DNA from: an uncultured Trueperaceae bacterium
GTDB lineage: Bacteria > Deinococcota > Deinococci > Deinococcales > Trueperaceae
Direction: 5' to 3'
Assembly (NCBI GenBank): GCA_963727505.1
Contig: CAVSGP010000015.1
Coordinates: 32,001 to 96,000 of the forward strand
DNA length: 64,000 nucleotides
A model generated the notes under the pieces. That model had not been told where the DNA came from, ran no database searches, and worked only from the letters and a program-made list of their open reading frames with translations. Positions 30,529 through 39,203 of the stretch are shown piece after piece. Numbering within the stretch: the first letter of the stretch is position 1; each line of letters opens with the position of its first letter. The translations under genes were made by a program, and so were the position numbers.

Positions 30529-30680
30529 CTCCTTGTCGGGGGTGTGCCGGTCATATTCGTACGTTCTCATCCAGATTGGGAACATAGGACGGGCGCCCTC
30601 GCTGCCGCTCGTTGAGCAACATGCATTGATTCGCGGTAGGGGGCGCCCGGGAGCTACGGGTCTCGCGGCTCGGCGGAAAC

Positions 30681-31253
30681 CTATCCGAGCATCCAGTACC
30701 ACCAGCGGTGCTTCTCGTAGCGCCGCAGGAGGGAGTCGATCCCCCAGATGTGGCCTGCACCCATCGACGCCAGCGTGAAGAAGGCGAAGATGGCGATGAG
30801 TTGGACGTCGAACCAGCCGCTGGTCGGCGGCAGGCAGGCGGTGTAGAAGCTGAGCATGATCAGCGTGCCGGCCAGGGCCGCGAGGCGGGTGAGGAAGCCC
30901 GTGACCATGGCGAGGCCGATGGCTCCCGTTCCCAGGATCAGCAGCCAGAGCACGAGCTGGTTTCCCCACAGTGCCGTGTAGACCTGTCCGATGGGGCCCT
31001 GAACGACCCCTGGCAACAGCGCGCTGGCGCTGGTCCAGCCGTCCCAGCCGCCGCGCATGAGCTTGTACGCGACCTGCAGCATGCTCAGGCCGAGCGCCAT
31101 GCGAAGCGCGAAGAGCGCGAACTCACCGACCGAGAGCCTGGCGCTCTGGCCGAGCTGCTCCTCGGGCCGGTCGAAGCGGGAGCCGCCCCGGACGCGAGCG
31201 GCCGGCTCCTCGGCAGCGAGGCCGGACATCCGTTGACGATCCGGAGCGGCCAT
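30681..31253 (-). CDS. DoxX family membrane protein (DoxD/TQO-like)
   Basis: LRMALG.......YKL, IGLAMVTGFLTRLAA, GAGHIWGIDSLL; four TM helices. Confidence 0.8.
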   Translation of the reverse strand: MAAPDRQRMSGLAAEEPAARVRGGSRFDRPEEQLGQSARLSVGEFALFALRMALGLSMLQVAYKLMRGGWDGWTSASALLPGVVQGPIGQVYTALWGNQLVLWLLILGTGAIGLAMVTGFLTRLAALAGTLIMLSFYTACLPPTSGWFDVQLIAIFAFFTLASMGAGHIWGIDSLLRRYEKHRWWYWMLG

Positions 31254-31257
31254 CTCG

Positions 31258-31755
31258 TTACCTCTTCTCGACCGTGATCAGGGTCGGGTAGCCTTCGGCG
31301 GCGGGGAAGTCCTGGTTCATGGGCGTCCACGTCACCGTGTTGCCGGCGCTGTCCTTGATGATGAGGTCGTACTTGAGCACGCCCGTGGGGTACACCGGAG
31401 GAATGGTCCAGCCGGCGGCCCACATCCAGACCTTGTTGGCGCCGTCCTTGGGGTGCTCGCCGAGCGCCAGGTCCACCGTCGAGCCGCTCTCGAGCTTGGC
31501 CTGCACGGTCATGCCGAGCTGCTTGGCCTGGTCGGGCGTGACCACTTCGCCGGTCGTGGTGCTGTACACCTTGGCCAGCCACACGACCTGCTCGCCGGTC
31601 TTGAACGTCGACACCAGCACGCAACTCGGGCCGCTAGCGTTCTTGCTGCCGCGCACGACCTCGGCCTGGACGTAGTAGGCCGGGCCGGCAGCGAACGCCG
31701 CTCCGACGGTAGCCGCGAGCACCAGCGCAATGACGAGGAATTTGATCTTACGCAT
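31258..31755 (-). CDS. Exported hypothetical protein with a single Cys (SCVLVSTFKTGEQVVW)
   Basis: Signal peptide MRKIKFLVIALVLAATVGAAFA|A; SD AGGAGG; typical codon usage. Confidence 0.8.
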   Translation of the reverse strand: MRKIKFLVIALVLAATVGAAFAAGPAYYVQAEVVRGSKNASGPSCVLVSTFKTGEQVVWLAKVYSTTTGEVVTPDQAKQLGMTVQAKLESGSTVDLALGEHPKDGANKVWMWAAGWTIPPVYPTGVLKYDLIIKDSAGNTVTWTPMNQDFPAAEGYPTLITVEKR

Positions 31756-31882
31756 CACTGATTCGCCTCCTAATGAACTTCCTAGAGAACTGAACGATCC
31801 CGCTCCACGGAAATCATCCGGGTCGATCATCCTCCCGCGGGCCCTCGGGAAAAAAGGGACAAACATACCCTTCGGGACGCCA

Positions 31883-31901
31883 GACACCCCTATGGGGTAT
31901 C
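31883..31901. promoter_or_regulatory. CsoR/CstR-family-like operator palindrome
   Basis: GACACCCC-TAT-GGGGTATC (C-tract/G-tract flanked by TAC/GTA-like ends); a partial second site ATACCCTTCGGG at 31865. Confidence 0.5.
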
Positions 31902-31924
31902 CGACCTGCACGGCACACATAGCG

Positions 31925-31942
31925 TCGTGAAGGCCTTCACGA
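31925..31942. promoter_or_regulatory. Rex-like operator (perfect 18-bp palindrome)
   Basis: TCGTGAA-GGCC-TTCACGA versus the Rex consensus TTGTGAA-N4-TTCACAA. Confidence 0.6.
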
Positions 31943-32233
31943 GCATGCCTCGCCGAGCGAGAAGCTCGATGATGAGCGGGGTTCGCGTGGTCGTTCGGGA
32001 CGGTCTGAACCTGTGCCACGGGACGATTGACCCCCTTCAAGGATCCCGAGGGCGGGAGGACTCCTTCGATGCTAGCCGACGTGGGGGGTGGCACAGGGTA
32101 GCAAACTGCATGAAATCGGTCAGGATTCGTTCATCGACGCCTCATGGATCCGCACGGCCCGGGCCGATTCGTGCGCGCAGGGTGGTGAGGCAGCCACCAC
32201 CATGGGCCTGCTCGGCGCGGGGCCGGGAGCGGC

Positions 32234-34468
32234 TCAGCCCTCCTCGTACAGCGCCAGGAACGCCTCCACCACGGCGGGATCGAAGTGGCGCCCGGCCTCC
32301 CCACGGATGTGGTCGATGGCCTCGTCGTGGGTCCACGCCGCCCGGTAGGGGCGATCGCTGGTGAGCGCGTCGTACACGTCCGCCACCGCGAAGATCCGGG
32401 CGGAGAGAGGGATCGCGTCGCCCGCCAGGCCGAGGGGGTAGCCCGACCCGTCCCAGCACTCGTGGTGGGCGGCCGGGATGGCCAGAGCGGGATTCAGGAA
32501 ATCGATCGGCGCCAACAGGTCGGCGGCGTAGATGGTGTGCTGCCGCATGCGCCCCCACTCCTCGTCGGTCAACGGGCCGGGCTTCTGCAGGATGGCGTCA
32601 GGCACGCCCATCTTGCCGATGTCGTGGAGCAGCGCGCCGCGCCGGACGTGAACGAGATCCTCCTCGGAGAGCCCCATCTCGCGCGCGAGGCGCAACGTCA
32701 GCTCGGTGACCCGGCGCGAGTGCCCCTCGGTCTCCTTGTCGCGCAGGTCGAGCGCGCGCGACCACCCCTCGATGGTGGCGTCGTAGGCGACGCGCAACTC
32801 CCGGTTCCTGGTCGCCAGATCCGACACCAGCGCGGCGTTGTCGATGAGGATGGCCCCCTGCGTCGCCACGGTGGTGAGGAACTCCGTCCAGTCGTCGCCG
32901 ACGTCGAGCGGGCTGCGGTGCGCCACCACCAGGCCGCCGCGCAGGCCGCCGCGGGCGCGCATCGGCGTGGCCGCGAGCAACTCGAGGCGCTGCCCGTCGA
33001 CGGCCGCCCCCATACGCAACGCGCCCTCGATCTGCTCCCGCCCTCGCACCACATAGGGCTCGCCGTGGCGCATCGCGCGCCCCACCAACCCGGTGCCCGC
33101 CGGCAGCCGCTGCGCCTCCAGCGGGAAGGTGCCTCCCTGCGCCTCGATCAGCTCCAGCGCGGCTCCGTCCGCCGTCGTCACGTACACCGCGGCCACGTCG
33201 ACCCCGAGGCCCGCACGGGCGGCCTCCACGAAGGCCGCCACCGCCGCTCGGAAGTCGGCGCCGGCCGTGATCGCCGCGTCGATCCGGCGCAGGGTCATCA
33301 GGCGCTGCACCTGCGTCTCCAGGTCGCGGTTGAGCGTTCGAATGCTCTCGCGGGCTCGCGCCTGCTCGGTGACGTCGCGCTTGGCCGCCACGAAGTGTTC
33401 GATCGTGCCGTGCGGGCCGATGACGGGCGTGATGCTCATCGCCTCCCGGTACTCGCTGCCGTCCTTGCGCCGGTTGATGAGCTCTCCGCTCCACGGCTCC
33501 CCCGCGGTGATGGTCTCCCACAGGGGGCGGTAGAAGTCCGCCCCCTGCCGGCCGGACCCCAGCATGCGTGTGTGCGACCCCACCAGCGCGTCCTCGTCGT
33601 AGCCCGTGAGGCTCAGCGCGTGCGGGTTCGCCCACTCGATGGTGCCCCCGGGGTCGGTCACGACGATGCCCACCGGAGCGGCTCGCAGGGCGGTGAGCTG
33701 GAGCCGGAGCCGCGCCTCGCCCTCCTCCTCCCGGGTCCGGTCGATGAGCGTGCCCACCACGGTGCGTTCCCCTTCGAGCGTCACCACCTGCTCCAGCACC
33801 TCCACCGGCACCACGGACCCGTCCCGACGCAGGCCCCGGAAGCGGAAGCGTCGGGATTCGTCCGCATCCGGGTGCGAGCTTGCCATCGCTTCGTCGGCCC
33901 AGGGCTGGTCGTCCGGGTGCACCACGTCGCCCGGACGGAGCCGGTCGATGACCTCCTCGGGCGCGTAGTCGAAGATCGTCGCGAAGGCGGCGTTGACGTA
34001 GGCGAAGCGCCCGTCCCGGATGGAGTAGGTGCCGGCCAGCGTGTTGGCCGCGATCTGCTCAAGCCGCCGCTCGCTGATCCGGAGCTCGTGCTCGAGCGCC
34101 CGGCGCCGCTCGAAGGCGGCCGCGAGCTGGCGGTCGCGGCGCCGGAAGAGCCCGACGGCGACGCCGAACGCAACCGTGACGAGCGCCGTCGGGAACCCCG
34201 GCAGCGCCAGGCGTGAGAAGGGAGCGCCGTGGTCGATCATCGACACGGTCAGGACCGAGTGGAGCAGCAGCGCGACCAGCGCCGCGGCGACCCCGCCCGC
34301 CACCCCGAACAACCAGGCCGCAAGCGTCACCGGCAGCAGCATGAGGGCCGCGGTGTTCATGGCCAGGGACGGTTCCAGCGCGACGAACGCCAGGACATAG
34401 ACGACGAAGCCCCCGATCACGGAGGCGACCTCCCCGGCGGTCCGCCTGTGCCTGCGCATCATCGACAA
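32234..34468 (-). CDS. Membrane-bound PAS-PAS-GAF-HD-GYP c-di-GMP phosphodiesterase
   Basis: N-terminal TM helices, two PAS domains, GAF, GHSRRV, LHDIGK, HHECWDGSGYPLGL. Confidence 0.9.
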   Translation of the reverse strand: MSMMRRHRRTAGEVASVIGGFVVYVLAFVALEPSLAMNTAALMLLPVTLAAWLFGVAGGVAAALVALLLHSVLTVSMIDHGAPFSRLALPGFPTALVTVAFGVAVGLFRRRDRQLAAAFERRRALEHELRISERRLEQIAANTLAGTYSIRDGRFAYVNAAFATIFDYAPEEVIDRLRPGDVVHPDDQPWADEAMASSHPDADESRRFRFRGLRRDGSVVPVEVLEQVVTLEGERTVVGTLIDRTREEEGEARLRLQLTALRAAPVGIVVTDPGGTIEWANPHALSLTGYDEDALVGSHTRMLGSGRQGADFYRPLWETITAGEPWSGELINRRKDGSEYREAMSITPVIGPHGTIEHFVAAKRDVTEQARARESIRTLNRDLETQVQRLMTLRRIDAAITAGADFRAAVAAFVEAARAGLGVDVAAVYVTTADGAALELIEAQGGTFPLEAQRLPAGTGLVGRAMRHGEPYVVRGREQIEGALRMGAAVDGQRLELLAATPMRARGGLRGGLVVAHRSPLDVGDDWTEFLTTVATQGAILIDNAALVSDLATRNRELRVAYDATIEGWSRALDLRDKETEGHSRRVTELTLRLAREMGLSEEDLVHVRRGALLHDIGKMGVPDAILQKPGPLTDEEWGRMRQHTIYAADLLAPIDFLNPALAIPAAHHECWDGSGYPLGLAGDAIPLSARIFAVADVYDALTSDRPYRAAWTHDEAIDHIRGEAGRHFDPAVVEAFLALYEEG

Positions 34469-34678
34469 CCCATCCCCTGCCCGGGCATTCTACGGCCGGC
34501 CCCTCCTCGCGGGCCCCCGGAATCCTTACAGATCCCCTGCAGGGCCTCGTAGCGGCCGGCAGGCCCCCCGGCGGACCGGCAGGTCGCCGGCCGAACACGT
34601 CGGCGGGCCGACCAGGTCGGCCTGAGAACAGGCCCGCGCCCAAGCGGCTCTGTAGAGTGGGCCGAGACGGAGGCGAGC

Positions 34679-35752
34679 ATGCGCTACAGACCCCTCGGCA
34701 GGACCGGAACGCTCGTGTCGGAACTGTGCCTCGGAACCATGACCTTCGGCGGCGAAGGCTTCTGGGAGCACATCGGCAAGCAGCAGCAGGCGGAGGCGAC
34801 CGGCCTGGTGCGGCGCGCCCTCGAAGGCGGCGTGAACTTCATCGATACCGCCAACGTCTACTCCCACGGCACCAGCGAACGCATGCTCGGGAGCGCCCTG
34901 GTCGACCTCGGCGTGGACCGCAGCCAGGTCGTGCTGGCCACCAAGGTGCGCGGCCGCATGGCGCCCGGCGCCAACCAGTCGGGGCTCAGCCGCGGCCACA
35001 TCGTCGACCAGGTGCACCGCAGCCTGGAACGGCTCCAGACCGACCACATCGACCTCTACCAGATCCACGGCTTCGATCCGCTGACGCCGCTGGAGACGAC
35101 GCTACGCGCGCTCAGCGATCTGGTTCGCGAGGGTACGGTGCGCGCCATCGGCGCCAGCAACCTGGCGGCGTGGCAGCTCGCCAGGGCGTTGTGGATCAGC
35201 GACGTCGAAGGGCTCGAGCGCTTCGAGAGCCTGCAGGCCTATTACACCGTGGCGGGGCGTGACCTGGAACGCGAGCTCGCCCCCCTGCTGAAGGACCAGG
35301 ACCTGGGCCTGATGGTGTGGAGCCCGCTGGCCGGCGGGCTGTTGTCGGGCAAGTACGACCGCAACACCGACAAGGCCGGCGGCGCCCGTCGCGACGACTT
35401 CGACTTCCCCCCGGTGAACCGCGAGCGGGCATGGGACGTCGTGGACGTCATGCGCGAGATCGGCGAGTCGAAGGGCGCCAGCGTGGCGCAGATCGCGCTC
35501 GCCTGGCTGCTCCATCAGGACGTCGTCACCAGTGTCATCATCGGCGCCAAGACGATGAGCCAGCTCGAGGCCAACCTCGGCAGCGCCGCCATCACCCTGT
35601 CGGCCGACGAGCTGGCCCGGCTCGACGAGGTCAGCGCGCTGCCGCCCGAGTACCCGGGCTGGATGGTCGCACGCCAGGGCGGAGACCGCGCCCTCGACCG
35701 CCTGGCGGAGAACGTGCCGCCCGTGCTGGAGGCGAAGGAAGCGGCGGACTAG
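34679..35752 (+). CDS. Aldo/keto reductase
   Basis: LCLGTMTFG, FIDTANVY, LATKV, DHIDLYQIH, WSPLAGGLLSGK. Confidence 0.95.
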   Translation: MRYRPLGRTGTLVSELCLGTMTFGGEGFWEHIGKQQQAEATGLVRRALEGGVNFIDTANVYSHGTSERMLGSALVDLGVDRSQVVLATKVRGRMAPGANQSGLSRGHIVDQVHRSLERLQTDHIDLYQIHGFDPLTPLETTLRALSDLVREGTVRAIGASNLAAWQLARALWISDVEGLERFESLQAYYTVAGRDLERELAPLLKDQDLGLMVWSPLAGGLLSGKYDRNTDKAGGARRDDFDFPPVNRERAWDVVDVMREIGESKGASVAQIALAWLLHQDVVTSVIIGAKTMSQLEANLGSAAITLSADELARLDEVSALPPEYPGWMVARQGGDRALDRLAENVPPVLEAKEAAD

Positions 35753-35795
35753 GGCCGGAACGCCATGGCCGGCCTCACTTCCGGCCCGCCCCAGC

Positions 35796-35951
35796 ACCGG
35801 CCTGGTGCAGCCCGGCAGCATCGACATCTGGAACCCCACGCGCACGGTCCTCCAACCAGACCCCGAACACCGCGCCCTCTACGACCAGCGCTACCGGCTC
35901 TACCAGGGGCTCTACGAGGGAACACGCGACGCGGTGCACGCGCTCGCCCTG
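35796..35951 (+). pseudogene. C-terminal remnant resembling an FGGY carbohydrate kinase
   Basis: TGLV......WNP....QPDPEHRALYDQRYRLYQGLYEGTRDAVHAL resembles the terminal helix of xylulokinase-like kinases; rest of the gene absent. Confidence 0.55.
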
Positions 35952-36028
35952 ACGTCGCGCAGTGCACGGGGCGGTCATGACACTTTCATGACACTCCCCG
36001 CGCCACCCCCTCCGTACGATGGGCCCCC

Positions 36029-37207
36029 GTGGAACGACTGGCATTGATGGGAGTGTCGCACCGCCGGGGCGGCGCCCGAGCGCTCGAGGCCTACCAGCAG
36101 GCGTACGACGGCGAGGGAGCGGACCTCCTCCGACGCGCCGGCCTGCAGGAGTTCGTGCCCATCGTCACCTGCAACCGCTGGGACGTGGCGATGGTTCTCC
36201 CCGAGGGCCGGGAGCTGGCGGACGTGCGCCGTCGCCTGGCGCTCGACGGGCAGCAGCGCCCCTACGCCTTCATGGCGGACGGCGCGCTGGAGCAACTCGC
36301 CCGCGTAGCCTCCTCGCTCGATTCCCTGAACCCCGGCGAGGACCAGATCATGCGCCAGGTGCGCGAGGCCTACGGCGCCGCTCAGCGCTCCGGCAGCACC
36401 GGCGCCACCACCGCGTTCGCGTTCGAGACCGCGCTGCGGGTGGCCAAGCGGGTGCGCCGCGAGGTGGCGCTGGCCCCCGTCCACGCTTCGCTGTTCAGCC
36501 TGGCGCGGCCCGAGCTCGAGCCGCTCCTGACCCCCGGCAGCACGGTCGCGGTGCTCGGCGCAGGCGAGATGGGCGCCCTGGCCGCCCGCTCGCTGTCCGA
36601 GCTGGCAGGCGTGCGCGTGGTCGTCGTCAACCGCACACTCGAGCGCGCCGAGGCGGTGGCGCGCCGCAGCGGGGCCGAGGCCATGCCGCTGTCGAGCTTC
36701 GTGAGCGATCCCCCCGACGTCACGGCGCTGGTCTGCGCCACCCCCGTACGACACCTGGCGGACGCGGTGCTGCTCGGCCGCCTGCCGTCGCTGAAGCTGG
36801 CCGTCGACCTGGGCATCCCGCGCAACGTCGACCCCGCGGCGGCGCGGCGGCGCGGCGTGCGGGTGCTCGACGTCGACGGTCTGCAGGCCGCCGGCCGCGA
36901 GCGCCGCAGCGAGCTCTCCGGCAAGCTGGCCGAGGCCGAGCGCATCGTGCGCATGGAGCTCGACGAGGCGGTCCGGGCCTGGACGGAGCGGCAGCTCGGC
37001 CCCTCCATCCGCCGGCTGCGGGCTCTCTACCTCGACACCATCGGCGACGCCCTGCCGCCCGAAGCCGCCGAGCGGCTGGCCCACAAGTTCGCCCACGTGC
37101 CGGTCAAGGGCCTGCGGGCGCTGGCCCGCGAGCACGGCCTGGACGCGGCCCGAACCTTCCTGACCGAAGCCGGCCTGGCCGACGCCGGATCGGGGGACGC
37201 GTCATGA
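36029..37207 (+). CDS. hemA: Glutamyl-tRNA reductase
   Basis: GVSHR, TCNR, SLDSLNPGEDQI, VLGAGEMG, VDLGIPRNVD. Confidence 0.93.
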   Translation: MERLALMGVSHRRGGARALEAYQQAYDGEGADLLRRAGLQEFVPIVTCNRWDVAMVLPEGRELADVRRRLALDGQQRPYAFMADGALEQLARVASSLDSLNPGEDQIMRQVREAYGAAQRSGSTGATTAFAFETALRVAKRVRREVALAPVHASLFSLARPELEPLLTPGSTVAVLGAGEMGALAARSLSELAGVRVVVVNRTLERAEAVARRSGAEAMPLSSFVSDPPDVTALVCATPVRHLADAVLLGRLPSLKLAVDLGIPRNVDPAAARRRGVRVLDVDGLQAAGRERRSELSGKLAEAERIVRMELDEAVRAWTERQLGPSIRRLRALYLDTIGDALPPEAAERLAHKFAHVPVKGLRALAREHGLDAARTFLTEAGLADAGSGDAS

Positions 37208-38154
37208 GCCAGCTCCCGGACTACCTGCGAGGCGTGCGCGGGCGCCCCGGCGAGGGCAGGCACGTCCGCATCGCCACGCGCAGCAGCGAGCTTGCGCTGC
37301 ACCAGGCGGAGAGCATCCGGGCCGAGCTGGAGGCGCTCGGCTGCAGCGTCGAGCTGGTGCGCGTCGAGACGCAAGGGGACCGCGACATGGCGCCGTTCGC
37401 CTCGCTGCAGGGGCAGGGCTTCTTCACCAAGGCCGTGCAGGAGGCGGTGCTGGACGGGCGCGCCGACCTGGCGGTGCACTCGCACAAGGACCTGCCGAGC
37501 GCGCCCACACCGGGGCTGGAGATCGCCGCGGTGCCGGGCCGGGCCGACCCACGGGACGTGCTGGTGATCCGCCCGGACGCCGTCGACGCCGGCGAGGAGC
37601 CCTTCGCGTTGCGTCCCGGCGCGGCGGTCGGCACCAGCGCCGCCCGGCGGCGCGACCAACTCGGCCGCGTACGCCCGGACCTGGAGCTGCGCGAGATGCG
37701 CGGCAACGTGCCGACGCGCCTGCGCAAGCTGCGCGAGGGAGCCGCCGACGCCCTGGTGCTGGCGGCCGCCGGCATCGACCGGCTCGAGCCCGATGTGAGC
37801 GGGCTGCGCGTCGTGCGGCTCGAGCCCGAGGTCTTCGTGCCGGCGCCGGCCCAGGGGGCGCTCGCCCTCGAGATCCGCCGCGGCGACGACGCGCTGGCCT
37901 CGCTCCTCACCGAGGTTCACGACCTGGAGACGGCCCGCACCGTCTCCGCCGAGCGCGGCCTGATGGCCATGCTGCAGGGCGGCTGCCAGCTCGCGCTCGG
38001 AGCCCACGCCCGCTTCGAGGGCGGCACGGTCCGCCTGCGGGCGTACTACGAGGGCGCCACCGTCGAGACGGAGCATCCCACCGGTGAGGGCGCCGCCATG
38101 CTGGCGTTCGACGCGCTCGGCCGGCCCCACCCCGCCGGGACCGGCGCCGGATGA
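37204..38154 (+). CDS. hemC: Hydroxymethylbilane synthase (porphobilinogen deaminase)
   Basis: IATRSSELALHQ, GFFTK, DLAVHSHKDLP, RGNVPTRL, PAPAQGAL, LQGGCQ. Confidence 0.95.
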   Translation: MSQLPDYLRGVRGRPGEGRHVRIATRSSELALHQAESIRAELEALGCSVELVRVETQGDRDMAPFASLQGQGFFTKAVQEAVLDGRADLAVHSHKDLPSAPTPGLEIAAVPGRADPRDVLVIRPDAVDAGEEPFALRPGAAVGTSAARRRDQLGRVRPDLELREMRGNVPTRLRKLREGAADALVLAAAGIDRLEPDVSGLRVVRLEPEVFVPAPAQGALALEIRRGDDALASLLTEVHDLETARTVSAERGLMAMLQGGCQLALGAHARFEGGTVRLRAYYEGATVETEHPTGEGAAMLAFDALGRPHPAGTGAG

Positions 38155-39203
38155 GGATCATCCTGACGCACGCGCCCGGGCGCTTCGAAGGCCTCGAAAC
38201 CGGGCTGAGGCGGCGCGGGCACACGGTCGTGCATGCGCCGCTGATCACGACCCGGCCGAGGACCGGCGAGGAGGTGCGCGCGGCGGCGGAAGCGCTGCTG
38301 TCGCTGCCCTGGCTGCTGTTCACCAGCCGCTCCGCCGTGGAGGCCTGGAGCGCGCTGGGAGTGGGGTGGCAGGCGCCCGGAGGACGGAGCCCGGGAGCGC
38401 CCCGCGTGGGCGCGGTGGGCCGCAAGACGGCGTCGGCACTGCGCGCGGCCGGCGCGGAGCCGGCGCTGGTCGCCGAACGCGCGTCGCGCGCCACCGGCCT
38501 CGCCGACGCCTTCCTGCAACATCCGGAGGCGGCCTCACCGGTGGGCCTGCCCCAGGGCGACCGGGCGCTGTCGACGCTGCGTCGGGCGCTGGAGCAAGCG
38601 GGCTTCGATACCCGGCCGCTGGTGTTGTACGAGACCGTCACACAGCCGTGGACGGGCGACGCTGCAGGCAGCGGCGTCGCAGCGAGCGGCGTCCCAGCGA
38701 GCGATGCGGCGAGCGATGCGGCGGGCGATGCGGCGGGCGATGAGGCGGGCGATGCGGCGGGCGATGGGGCGACGCCGGGCCCCGAGCTGGTCGTGCTGGC
38801 GAGCCCGTCGGCCGTCGACGCCCTACCGGGGGAGGTCGCCGAGCGCGCCGCACTGGTCGCCATCGGGCCCACCACCGCGGCGGCGCTGGAGCGCCGCGGG
38901 CTGGCCTGCCGGCAGGCGCGGGCGCCGAGCGTCGGGGGCGTTCTCGACGCGATCGCGGCCGTCGCGGCGGAGCATGCTGGAGTGGACGCGTCGGAGGACG
39001 GTGCAGAGGACGCTGGAGTGGACGCTGGAGTGGACGCGTCGGGCGAAGCGGCGTTGAACGCGGCAGGGCTGGACACGGCAGGGCTGGACACGGCGAACGC
39101 CGGCCGCGACGAGGCACGCGCGGCGCGCGCCGTCGACGGGGGCCGACACGCGGGCAGACGCAGGGACGGCCACGGAGACGGCCGAGAAGGAGGCAGCGCA
39201 TGA
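38151..39203 (+). CDS. hemD: Uroporphyrinogen-III synthase with low-complexity repeat insertions
   Basis: WLLFTSRSAV, AVGRKTA..L, LYET, LASPSAV, AIGPTTA; position in hem operon. Confidence 0.85.
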   Translation: MRIILTHAPGRFEGLETGLRRRGHTVVHAPLITTRPRTGEEVRAAAEALLSLPWLLFTSRSAVEAWSALGVGWQAPGGRSPGAPRVGAVGRKTASALRAAGAEPALVAERASRATGLADAFLQHPEAASPVGLPQGDRALSTLRRALEQAGFDTRPLVLYETVTQPWTGDAAGSGVAASGVPASDAASDAAGDAAGDEAGDAAGDGATPGPELVVLASPSAVDALPGEVAERAALVAIGPTTAAALERRGLACRQARAPSVGGVLDAIAAVAAEHAGVDASEDGAEDAGVDAGVDASGEAALNAAGLDTAGLDTANAGRDEARAARAVDGGRHAGRRRDGHGDGREGGSA

